Source of the DNA: Klebsormidium nitens
Lineage: Eukaryota > Plantae > Klebsormidiophyceae
Length of the DNA stretch: 42,903 nt
Assembly (NCBI GenBank): GCA_000708835.1
Contig: DF237017.1
Location: forward strand, 34,964-77,866
Direction: 5' to 3'
Part shown: positions 10,401-21,300 of the stretch, piece after piece
Layout: each line of letters begins with the position of its first letter
Position numbering within the stretch: the stretch's first letter is position 1
Translations under genes and position numbers: made by a program
The notes under the pieces: model-generated
What the model saw: only the letters and a program-made list of their open reading frames with translations
Database searches by the model: none
What the model was told of the DNA's origin: nothing

Positions 10401-13400
10401 CACGGTAGGGAAGAGCATGCAAACCTGCGACTGCAGCTTTCCGCCAAAGATGTGGTGGATAAGAGTCGTCTCCTGCGTTGCGTGGTCAATGTTCTTCTCC
10501 CCGCCCGCCTCCTCCAAAAAGGTGGCCTGCATCGAGTCGACTGCGAAGCTGGAGGAAGACGAGGCGGCAACATTAGTGGTGATCACGAGCAAAGCCTTAA
10601 GCGAAACAACCGAGCTACGCACGAAGCCTGGGAGTAGGAATATCAGAACGAGCTTGATCGACAATGAGAATGAGAACATGTCCGCTTGATGAAGATGTCT
10701 TGTTCTGACCGCAAATCTGGATACAAGGCGGCAGCGTCAGTGATGCTCACAAGCAAAGCCTCAGGGGAACGGCCGAGCTACGGCCAGTCTTCGGGAGGAC
10801 AGATTGCTGAGTTCTCATGCGCGATGAATGAGAAGGCGGGGTGCGAACCTTTACTACAAACTCTGTGCTCGAGGGGCTAAAAAAATCAGTTCATCTTTAC
10901 CCCTCCTTACAGAATCTAATATGCTGAACCTGACGCCCTCATTGAAACTGCTGCCTAGAATAATATAATAAGAACGTCTGTCCGAGAAAGCCTAACAGGG
11001 AGGGCGGAGATAAAAACACATAGAACTGTCCGTATGCAGCTTAGAACGCCTCGGGAGACACGCATAGTTCCACTTATCTAAGCGAGGTGGTCGATGGCCC
11101 ATCAAGACCGCCGCACGCTTACCGCATAAACTCATGCGCGTCCTCCTGCCGCCCATAGCCCAGCGAGGCCCCGACGTTGCGCACCCGCGCGAGGATGCGC
11201 TGCGGCATGATCGGGACCGAGCCGCGAATAGCCCGATTGACGTGCGACTCAAGCTCGCACAGGAAGCAGAACTCGTTACTGCCCTTTTCGCCTGCGACAA
11301 GACAGGGTTAGGAAAAGGTCAATAAATCTGGTCAGTGGCCACATTCAGCATGGTTAACGGCAAGGTATTGCAAGCCCTAAATGGGACGGTCAATGTGTGA
11401 CTCGAGCTCGCACAGGAAGCAGAACTCGGTACTGCCCTTCTCGCCTGCGGTAAGTCAGGGTTCAGAAAAGAGTCAGCGGTCCTGCCTAGTGGCTAGGTGT
11501 TACCGATCAGCGTGGTTAGCGGGCCAATACTTGGGATAAAAAGTCGTCCTGAGAGCGAAGAAGTGCGTGCAGAATCCTCGTGATTGAAATCCTAGAACAG
11601 AACAAGCTGAGCTAAATTGTATCAGCCGGATCGAAAGCAACGGCTACGCTGCTACTGCCGCCCGAGGCGCACTGCTTTGAGTTTTCACTCGGCAAGATAC
11701 TGCCATGCTTGGATTCGAAGACAACTTGATTGTCAGCTGGGAGGATCGAGTTTGATACAGACTCGCTCAGGAAGGATGGAAAAATACTCCATGGATAGTA
11801 GCTTTACCAACCACTAAGATACAATGGACGGTGCAACACTTCTTCATTTTCAAAAAGGATTGCGATGGGTACCAGGAAGAGCCTTTCAAACTGAGCGGGA
11901 ACAGCAGGACACCACATCCGATCCCCTTCACTGAACTAAGGGGCTGAGGACGTGAAAAAGCAAACAACTCCGATCCCACAGAAGATCAAAAAGCTCGATC
12001 AAAAAGCGTGCGTGAGAAAACCTACATTCTGCGCTGTGCTCCCGTTCGAGAAGGTATCTCGCAAGCGGCCACGTGAACGTCAGGCACTGCAGCACGGCGT
12101 TGGCATAGCAGCTACAAAGAACGAAAGGAAGAAAAGCGCGGTTAGGTTTTGCAACGCCATGCCAAACTCCACACCTTTGTCCAGAAGCCCGGCTACGCAG
12201 CAAGAAGGAAAGTCCGGTCTTGCGATGCCATGGTAAACTTCTTCATCACGTCCGAGAAGCTCACAAGATTCTTCGTTGCTCCATCCACATAATCTATACG
12301 GCCAGATTGCTCTCCTCGAAGATTTCAGCCAGATGACGTGCGACCTAACAACTCACCTTATGCGTGCAGCGAAAGTGGGGGGCAACCAGGCACATTGTTG
12401 CCTTGTCAAAGTAAGCGTTGGGCACACAAAGGACAGATCAACTCAGATCAACGAACATATCAAGAGGACCCAGACCTACGAACGCGGTGGGTCTCTCACC
12501 TGTTTCCCACGTTCACTAGACCGCACGGTTCCCCAACCAGCTCCCGCCAGTTGAAGAATTCGACAAAGTCCGTATATGGAAACAGCATCTGCAGCCAATC
12601 GAACAGAAGTCAGGCTTGATCGCACTTGATCAGCGGGTCGCTTTGGTGCCCTTCTACCAGAAGATCTAACGAACAGGCAGTCCAGATCTCTCGAGCCACA
12701 CTTTGTGTGACCGTTGCCAACATAAGGCAGGAGACACTACGCTAGGATAGATGTCATCAAAGAGACCGTAATTCTCGAGCAATCGTCGTTTTGATGCAAA
12801 GACACATGTCCTCTCTGCTGCACAAAATTTTTGATCAGTTGTAAACCCTCTGAATAGGCTGACTCAGCGAAAGCAGCCTGTCTGCGCTCGACTGCGCAAG
12901 TATGCGCGCTCGGCGCATACGCGATGCAGAACCTGTCACCAAACCTCGTGTCCACAGCGAACCAGCTCGTTTCCGGGACAAGCAATGTTTTCCTCCCCCA
13001 CTTCAGTCCACCTTCCCACTCCTTATCCCTCTTCTCAAAATTCTGTTTCTCCTTGCCCCTTGGATCCCAGACGTGAGCCCCTCCCGGAGCAAAACGCTCA
13101 CCCGCTTAGCAAGCACGTTGGAAGACTCTGGTAGCGGCTTTGCCGGCTGCTTTGGACCGCTCTTCTTGGCATGCCCGTTGGCGCTTGGTGCTCCCCCCCC
13201 ACCTTTCGGTTGACACTCGACTTTGTGGCCTCTGTTCCAGTGCTTGCGCTGACACTCCGGCGAGCTGCAAGCCAGTGGATATACTGATGATTACATTCAG
13301 TGTCATCATTGCAATAACATGTGGGTCAAAAGCATACAATCGCGGAGTCAATAGCGATTAAAAAGTAGATTTTCAAGAAGAATGGAGATTCGCTGTTACA

Positions 13401-14782
13401 CCATGTAGAAAGTTGAGACCAAGACTGGTTCTGTCACACGACCCTCGCAAATGAGACACCGATTCAATGTCAATATTAGAACAAAGGTCGCGAATCAGAA
13501 ACCCCACAAGTTCACCAAAAGATGAGGCCCTGCTGACGAAGAGAAGCAGGTTACTACGGATCTGTACAAAGTAGTGCAATTCATTTGGGCCGAAGAAAAC
13601 CAAAGAAGCTGATACAATTTCAAAATGGAGGCAGCTTCACAAAAAGCAAAAATCAGGCCTTGGAGACAGGGCTTGCCCAAGCAAAGTGCCTGTCAAGCGC
13701 TCTGGACCTGCTATATTGCAATACCACTAAAAAAGACAGCGAACAACAAAGCAGTGTCTGAAATGTTGCAATTCTTTTGCCACCAGCCACCGATAGACCC
13801 GTTATGGCAGCAAAATAAATCCGTCAGCAGGCTGCTGAATGAATCAACAGCGCCAAAACCCTTCAGAGATGAAAAGGCAACGAAAGAGGTCAAGATGTTG
13901 GGATGGTCAAGCTGGCCGTTGCAAGCAATTGTGGATTGCCGTCCTGTTTGTCCGCTCTATCATCTGTGCTTTGAAACCACAGCTTTTTGCACAATAGCGC
14001 AAAATTTTGCAGATAATGAGTCAGCCGGGAGCACAAGCCTAGCACAACCTTTGAGATGTCACGAAATCGCTGCTGCAAAAACACCACCATTCCAGAACCT
14101 TTCCAGAAGCAACGACCATTGCGCTTAATGCGATTTCAGCTTTTTGACATGGATACTGCGCGATCTGCTTCAAAGGAAGGTGAGCGCAGCGAACCTGTTG
14201 ATGACAGTGGAGCAGCCGCAATTGTTTCCAAACTGTAGCTAATAGTCATTCGCTTGTGAATCTTCGAAACCAAACCTTTATCAATCAGCTTCCACCAGCG
14301 CAAACCCTCCTAGCCGTGTCTTCTCAAATTGCAAACATTGGACTGGTCACAAAGCACGGGCTCTCTCATCTCTGTGTGCAAACGACTTTGAAATAAGATG
14401 AAGGTGATCGAAAACATGTCTTGCAAAGGACGCCATTGACAACATTAGAAAAGAACCTCAGAGGTTCTGTCGATGCATCCGTTCATTTGATAAAAATTAA
14501 GTGAAGGTTTGCAGAGTTCCCTGCCACGCACCAGTACTTGACCACCTTGCAGCGCGAGCACTGCATTGTCGTCTCCTGCAGGCAGACCTCACACCTAGTT
14601 GCTGGCTCGCTCATCCTGGCCAGCTTCTCAGTCTGCTTCGATCCTCCCCGCCACCTGGCAGCTCCTGGGACTAGCGACCCTAGCGGCCCCACATGGAATA
14701 GATACACGAGGAGGAGACCAGCGAGGCCGATGAGCACTGTAGGCCAGAGTGCCTCTAGCAGCGTTGCAGCCCCTTCGTGCAT
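4472..14782 (-). CDS. Ubiquitin-specific protease (peptidase C19) of the plant UBP15-19 type: N-terminal TM, zf-MYND, USP domain, long disordered tail with SEC-C motif; 1258 aa, 11 exons (14782-14532, 13264-13102, 12588-12500, 12111-12026, 11291-11123, 10548-10425, 9886-9729, 9090-9006, 8563-8486, 7802-7606, 6848-4472)
   Basis: All ten introns are GT-AG with matching phases; total CDS 3777 nt. Motifs: hydrophobic [19 protein letters not shown]; [35 protein letters not shown]; Cys box [18 protein letters not shown]; QEDAHEFMR; LSIVLKRFQ; His box FFGHYLCFV; DDS; AYMLFYAR. Catalytic part is high confidence. Joining the last large exon is inferred from a CG|GTGAG donor and a TTGCAG|G acceptor in the same phase (about 0.75). 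Confidence 0.88.
4490..4546 (-). other. SEC-C zinc-binding motif coding segment at the C-terminus of the 4472-6848 exon
   Basis: Translation [19 protein letters not shown] matches the SEC-C consensus GRNDPCPCGSGKKYKKC(C/H)G known from the SecA C-terminus. Confidence 0.9.
7834..7925 (-). repeat. Intronic partial duplicate of USP exon 10 with its own AG acceptor (pseudo-exon)
   Basis: TTGCAG|GGC CCG TAC... translates [29 protein letters not shown]-stop, versus the real exon [33 protein letters not shown]. Confidence 0.9.
10540..10835 (-). repeat. Diverged tandem duplication, offset about 165-168 bp, spanning the acceptor of USP exon 6
   Basis: Plus-strand GACTGCGAAGCTGGA...AGGCGGCAACATTAGTGGTGATCACGAGCAAAGCCTTAAGCGAAACAACCGAGCTACG resembles GACCGCAAATCTGGA...AGGCGGCAGCGTCAGTGATGCTCACAAGCAAAGCCTCAGGGGAACGGCCGAGCTACG. 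Second acceptor TCCAG|A TTT GCG GTC at 10716. Confidence 0.75.
11377..11520 (-). repeat. Intronic partial duplicate of USP exon 5 start plus acceptor region
   Basis: CCGCAG|GC GAG AAG GGC AGT ACC GAG TTC TGC TTC CTG TGC GAG CTC GAG TCA CAC ATT GAC CGT CCC ATT TAG gives (C)[21 protein letters not shown]-stop, versus the real (C)[21 protein letters not shown]. Copy acceptor at 11446-11445, real acceptor at 11293-11292. Confidence 0.9.
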
Positions 14783-15323
14783 TCGGACATCTGCACGGCA
14801 GGCGGCATCAAACCGGCATCGACTGTGATGGCTCGACTCGATCAACCTGAGGCTGAGTATTCAAATACAGCGCAAAAAGTTATCGGACTGTTGCAAAGTA
14901 TTGAAAGGCGTGCGCACGCAGAAATATTGTTAGGCGACAAGCGGGCAGTGTCGGTAATAAGAGATGCAGTGCGAGGTGCCCCTATATCACGTCTTTCTGC
15001 AGGAAATGAGCTTCGAATAGCCTGCAAAGCTCGAATAGGAAATGTGCTTGCAAAGCCAGAAGAGGTCTGACAAGAACGCCGCGCTGATCCTGCTGCTGAT
15101 CCTCTCGAGTCTCGTGTTCATTGCTGCCAAACTTGATGAAGCTCAACAGGATTGCCAGTGTTTGCCACTGCGTAGAACTAGAGCGATACGAAAAGAGGTT
15201 ACCACATTGGCTCAGGCTGATTGCAAAAACAGTGCGGTACTAACCGAACATCCTGGTACGTACTCTTCTCCGGCGAGTTCTGAAAAGTAAAAGCAGGCCC
15301 GCGAAACTCGGGCAGGTTGCATC

Positions 15324-17598
15324 ATGAACCGTGATGACATCAGCAGCACTGCACTAGAAGCTGCCTCCTCCGAGTGGCCGGGAGAGGAGAGAATAACGCC
15401 CGCCGGGGATGGCACCTGTACTCGCGAGTCGGGACTCAATAGCGTATACGGGACTTCACTTGACGGGGCAGTTTCCCCGGCCACTCGAGAGTCCAAAAGT
15501 CCACAAGTAGGTACCGGTCGGCGGTAAGGTTTGAACCCTCTGAATGATGACATCGGTGTCCAACACCAAACAACTGACTGCCTCGGTTGGGACGTTGTGG
15601 CAGTGAAAATGACTCATCGGACGAAGCAAATTAGCCCAATTGAGCAGATCGAAGGACAGTAGCAGACGGCACAATTCCCCCGGGCACATGATCCAGGGGA
15701 TTGCGCACCGAGGTCAAAGTTTGACCGTACGTACGGTGGCGCGACCAACCTGCGAAACGTGCATGCCACTGCAGCCGTCATCCATGGCGCGCTGGCTGCA
15801 GCCATTTGAATCTGCCATGGGGTCGCCATGTTGCTGCACCATCATGGACAATTCCACCATTGCACGAGAGGAAATGGAGGGGAGAAGGCGGCTCCATCTT
15901 CTAGTCGTCCAATTTTGAACATTTGAAGACATTCCTTCTCATCAATCTGCAAAATTTTATTGGAGTCTGTAATGCCTCGGCAAGAGCGCATTCTTTTGGA
16001 ATCCCCCAAAAGCAAGGCAATCCATGTCTTCAACACGCATGCAGATGACGTCAGGCAAGCCTCAGCAAAGCAAGGGTCCCGGGAGGGGCCCTGTGTCTCG
16101 CCTCTCTAGATGGCTGCGGCCGCGCAGGACGACGCCGGTCACGTCCAACTCGCAAGAGTCTTCTGAGGACGAGGCTGGCTCAGAAGAATGCAAGAAGGTC
16201 TCGGAAGAAACAAAATTTAAGGCGAGTGCAGGGGAAAATGATGTCCACCATAAGCGAAAGAAGGGGGCTGCGAAAGCACAACCAGCAGAGGGACCAGCTG
16301 AGCAGAGACGAGAGCATTCCCCTGCTGAGAGAGTAAGTAGAGTAGAAGATTCTCAGCGTGGCCAGACAACTGTCTCAGAGATTCAAGAAGAAGGATCGGG
16401 TGACAGGGACATTGGTGAGGTCAGCGGCAGTCCCCCTTCGCTTTTGTTCAAAGGGATGTCCCTGCCTGCTGGGTTTGGTCAGCGGCAGACCCAGGCCTGC
16501 GTTAGCACTAACCTATACAGTTCGGGGGGCCTCCTGCAAACCAGAGCTAGCCGCGAGCTGTCATTGCCATCGCCCGGGGGTGCAAATGACACAGCCTGGC
16601 TTGTTGCCATTCTCCTCTGCACAGCCTTGCTCTGTCTCACGTTCGGGGGGGTGGTGGCAGTCTGCACCACAGCCCTCGTGGGCGTGCTTACCACCCCCCT
16701 CTTGGCTCCATCAGTTTTCCGGAAGAAGCAGCGGAAGCCACCCCCCCTTGCGATACAAGACCCCTCGAGTAAGAGCCCTGAAATTCACCCCACCCCCCTC
16801 CAAAACAAGCCCCCACAGAGACCCCCTGCTTCTGAGCCCATACCCTCATTCCGCCCCCGGGGGACAACTCCCCTGGGCAGACGGACCCCCCGCCCAAGTT
16901 TTACGGCCTCTCGACAACCTACAAAAAGCACGGAGCCCCCTGTTTTTGACCTTGGTGAGCCGGCAGCGGTCAAAAACCGGAGTTCCATGGGATCGGTGGC
17001 GCGGTTTGGCACCACTTCAGTCCCTGCCTCGGGGCAAAATACTCCTCAAGCCACCACTCCATCCCCGCCGCCCCTCTCTCACCGGTCGCCAAACCCCCTC
17101 TCTAACCGGTCCCCTAACCCCCCCTCTAACTGCTCGGTCATTTCCGAGCGAGATTTTGTGGATCTGGCGCCCGGAGTTGCTCCCAAGTGGCCGGCAGCGG
17201 CGGCCCTTGAGGATGACGTAAGCAGTGCAGGGGATCTGGATGGTGATGCGGCCGTCCGAATAGCGGGCGTTTTGGTTGGGGTTCTTGCGTCCTTGTTGTG
17301 GAGTTGGACCGGTGCGATGTTGGGGTCGGTGGTCGTAATGTTGTTCTCAGTTGCACATACTAGGAGTGTTGAGCACGGGGCTGAGCAAATCATCTCGGAA
17401 CCGGCGGGTTTACTTGGCCCTGCAAGGGCTCAAAGTGCGCCAGCTGCCGAGTTGGGGCGGTTGAGTAGGTCCGTGCAACTTACGCCGCGAGTAAGCACTG
17501 TAAGCCCAAACCTGGATACAATCTCTGTCCATAGTCCAGGCAGGATTGAGAACGAACGGAAAAGAAGGCACTCAGTACCGTCAAAGTTAGCTGGATAG
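15324..17598 (+). CDS. Uncharacterised Ser/Pro-rich protein with two hydrophobic hairpin (probable membrane) segments; exons 15324-15506 and 16045-17598, possibly an extra upstream exon 15042-15255
   Basis: 524-codon ORF 16024-17598 with hydrophobic blocks WLVAILLCTALLCLTFGGVVAVCTTALVGVLTTPLL and IAGVLVGVLASLLWSWTGAMLGSVVVMLFSVA. Phase-0 donor CAA|GTAGGT (15507) matches acceptor GCAG|ATG (16045). An upstream ATG at 15042 can join in frame through a short 60-nt intron (low confidence). Confidence 0.7.
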
Positions 17599-18315
17599 AG
17601 GAATGCTGCAGACCATCGAACTTGTCCGCATCGTTTGTAAAAGTAGCGAGACACTGGACAAACATTCTGAGAATCAATTGTAACGAAAGAAGCTTTTGAA
17701 TTTGCGAGACAGCTGGGCCCACTAAGCAGCTGCAATTGCTTTGGAGCTGCTGTGGCTCTTTCTGTGCAACTCTACGTGCTCAACAGTCAGGCTCCCATCC
17801 ATGGCGTGCCTAGCTCGTCTATATTTGTTGTTAGGGCATTGACTGATTGTGAACATGACGACTCAAGCAGCATATATGCACAGTGAGTGTGCTGCATTTG
17901 CACCGCGAAGGATCGATCACTGCAGCATGGGCTGAGCCTAGATCAAGTTATGTTGAACATGGTCGATCCGGCTCATGCAAATATGTGCATGCATGGCTTG
18001 TGTTCATTCCGGCAGTACGTATCAACTCGTCGACGGTAGGCAGTCACTGGCAGGCTGCATGGCTAATATATATCAAGTATATAACTATATATACAACGAG
18101 AGGCCGCTATTGGAAGACCAATGCCTGCGAGCACTTATGATGAGTTGATCGCCGTCATTAATGTCAGAACAAGGGCTTAAGGCCGAGCTGAGCTTAGAGC
18201 TTCTGCTGGAGCTGGAACTCACAACAGGTTATATGAGCAACGTACTGGCATGCATGGCTTATTACCTTCACACCGTCCGGTCAGTCTGAGATGCGCGCGC
18301 TTACGCCCCCAACGG

Positions 18316-21300
18316 TCAATCCCCCTCAACTCGATCCTCCTCATCAGGGGCCCTACTTCCAAACCGATCGACATACCGCGACTCCGATCGCTCCCGCGCA
18401 ACGCGATCCAGGTTTCCCAAATCCCCACTTAGCAACTTGACCAAGTCCTGACTCGTCCCCCTCCCCGTGTGATGCACCCACTCCTTGATCTTTCGGCCCG
18501 CAACTCTAGCTCGTCTCCGTCGCCTTTTCACAACCTCTCGGGGTGCCCGGTACGGTACCCCGGTCACCCTGCGCCAGTCCACGCCCCTCCTCGCAACCCT
18601 GCGGCTGTCAAACTCGTCCCCGCCGTCCGTTTCATCGCCCTCGTCCGCCAGGGACTGCCACGTGTCAGTCCCTGGCGGCGCCGTGCCTTGGTCGTCCTCT
18701 CCCGCATCTAGGTCCCCCAAGAGTCTCGTTCTGTTTCCATCTTGTGCAGAATCCAACGTGGATCCTCTTCCCTCGGACGAACCACTTTCCGATCCATCAA
18801 CCTCGAAAACCCCCTCGCGCCCTTCCCCAGACACACCTCCGCTGAATCCGGCCCCCGCTTCCCCCCCCTCCGAAACATCAATGTCTCGCCCCCCCGCTGA
18901 AACGCCCTCGCCAACCCCTCTTTCGCGCCGCCCCTGTTTCGCCAGCCGCCGCTTTACGATCCGCACCCGCCCGCTTAGCGCGTCGTTGCACTCGAGGCCC
19001 TGTTTCCGCATCGCCTCCACCAATCTCAGAAACGTTTCCCAATCTTTTCCCACGTACAGGGCCTCGCCGAGCGTGTTGTAGACCCGCGCGTCCGGCCGGA
19101 AACCTGCGCCGCGCATCTCGCCCAAAACTTCCAAACCCTCGCGGACGCGCCCTGCGCGCGCGAGCAGCCGAATCACGATGTCGTAGGTCGCCACCGAGGG
19201 CTTAACACGGTCGCTAGCTCCCGTTCTAACCCCCTTTCTAACCCCCTTGCTGCCACCCTCTCTATAAGCGTCTCCGAACCCTTCAGCAACACTTTCTCTA
19301 GGCTCCTTGCGAGGGACGTCTCCAAGCAGCTCTCCGTTTCCTTCTCGAGGCCCCTTTCCAAGCCCCTTGCCGACTTCCCCACTGAACCCTTTGCTTACCC
19401 CCTCTCGCGCCTCAACAATAACCTCTTCTCTGGGCTCCCCTAATCTAACCTCCTCTCTGGCCTCCCCTTTGATTCCCCCTCTAACGCCCTCGCTATCCCC
19501 CAGTCTAACCTCCTCTTTGACCGCCTCGTTAACCCCACCGTTAAAACCCTGCAATTTCCGAAACGCTGCCAGCGCTTCTCGCCACCGCTTCCCGGCCCCA
19601 AGCGCGCCAATCAGAGCGTTCCACGTCACCACCGTCCGTTCCAACCCCAGCTCCCCCATCTCCTCAAACGCCGCCACCGCTTCATCCGTTTTTTGGCACC
19701 GCCCCGCGAACCGGATCCAAACGTTAAACGTGTACCAGTCCGGCTTAACCCCCTCGCTAACCATGCGTTGCTTGACCGTAACTCCCGCCGCCCAGTTCCC
19801 CGACGCGCTGCAAACTAGAAGGAGGTGGTTATAGATTCGGGTGTCGGCTTTCACGCCGGCCGCGGCCATCTGGTCCGGAACCTCTAGAGCTTCCCGGAGC
19901 TCCCCATGTTTCAGGCACACCCGGAGAACCGCTAGAAAAACGTTCCGCGACAGCGGCAGCCGCCTCGCCAGGACATCGTGGTACAGCTGGCGCGCACGCG
20001 CGAATCCGGTTTGGGTCTCGCTAACCCCGCTGGAAACCGCTTGTTGTCCAACGGTCGTTACACCAACCCGACTAGATAACTCTGGCTTTCCTGCGCCGGC
20101 TAAAGTGGTTCCGTTCGAGTCCCTCCTTTCCGCAGCACTAGCTTCCGCCGGAATTCGATCCGATGTTCCTCGATTTGCGGCGTCGATTGAATGAGTGCCT
20201 TCCGAGACCCCTGGCGTTCCGGCGCCGCTTTCCGGTTCCGTTTCCGCAGTGCGTTCCGGCTCGACCCCTTGCTCCGCTTCAGACGACTTTCCCTCTCCAG
20301 TCTCAGCAACCGCTTTGCCGTCAAAAGCTCTACCGCCAGGATTCGTTCCCCGCTCTAGTTCCTCTCCTAGCGGATCGTCCCCAAAGGCAAACTCGTCGAA
20401 GGAACCGTCAGTCCGCTCCGGCAACTGCCAATATTCAATCCCCTCCCCAAACTCCCTGCGTAAACCAATACCCCCTTCGGGAATCGAGTCCGTCTGGCTG
20501 CACGCGTCAATTGCTAGGGCGTACATATGAGAGTCCGGTTCCGTTCCCAGCTCGGGAGCGGAACGGAAGACGGAAAGGGCCTCCTCGGGCAAACCTACGG
20601 AGAGGAGAGCCTCCATGTATGCGGCGCAAAGGCGGGGGGTGGGGGGATCAGGAAGGTGGGCAATCGCGTGAGCCCATAGTTCCTGCATCAGAAGAATGTT
20701 TTGAAGAATTTAGTGACGGTGTGAAGAAGCGGAGCCTTTTCAAAGCAATTCGCATGTGCAAAGACGGCGACCTTTTGGTTGAAAGTGCGCCGTACTGTTC
20801 TGGGGAAGATGTCGACGTTCTCGAGGTGCGCAAAAGAAACGAACCTTGCATGGCACGCTGTCAAGATTGCAACCTCCCGAATCGCAGCCACGCAGACCTG
20901 AACCGATTTAGGCAGTCTTGTCCCCCAGGAGTGCCTTCGCGGACCAATACCGACACCCTCTCCCTTCTGCATCCACAAAACCGCAGAGTTGAAACTCAAA
21001 ACCCAACCCCTGAATACCCAAAACCCGAAACCCAGACCCCCCAACAACCCGGCATCCCAAGTTGGAAACTCACTCTGGCAAGCCCCGCGTCCCCCGCCTC
21101 CTTACACGCCCCCATCAGCGCTGCATACATGCTCTGCCGCAGGGGGATCCCCCTCTCGCCAAACCCGGTCAGGAGCTCCAACCCCTCCCTAACCCGCCCG
21201 TCGGCGGCGTACGCTTGGACGAGCGTTTCGAAGCAGCCGACTTCGGGATCGCACCCGGCGCGTTTCATGTCGAGCAGGAGTTGGCGGACTTTCGCGTGGA

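Noticed and set aside
13625-14128. 167-aa plus-strand ORF inside USP intron 1
   Set aside because: No recognisable motif or splice context; consistent with a chance ORF.
16358-17221. 287-aa alternative-frame ORF
   Set aside because: Fully nested in the 16024-17598 ORF; explained by Pro/GC-rich codon bias.
20995-21050. Telomere-like CCC(A/T)AAA-type runs
   Set aside because: Too degenerate and short; reads as G/T-rich sequence after a splice donor.
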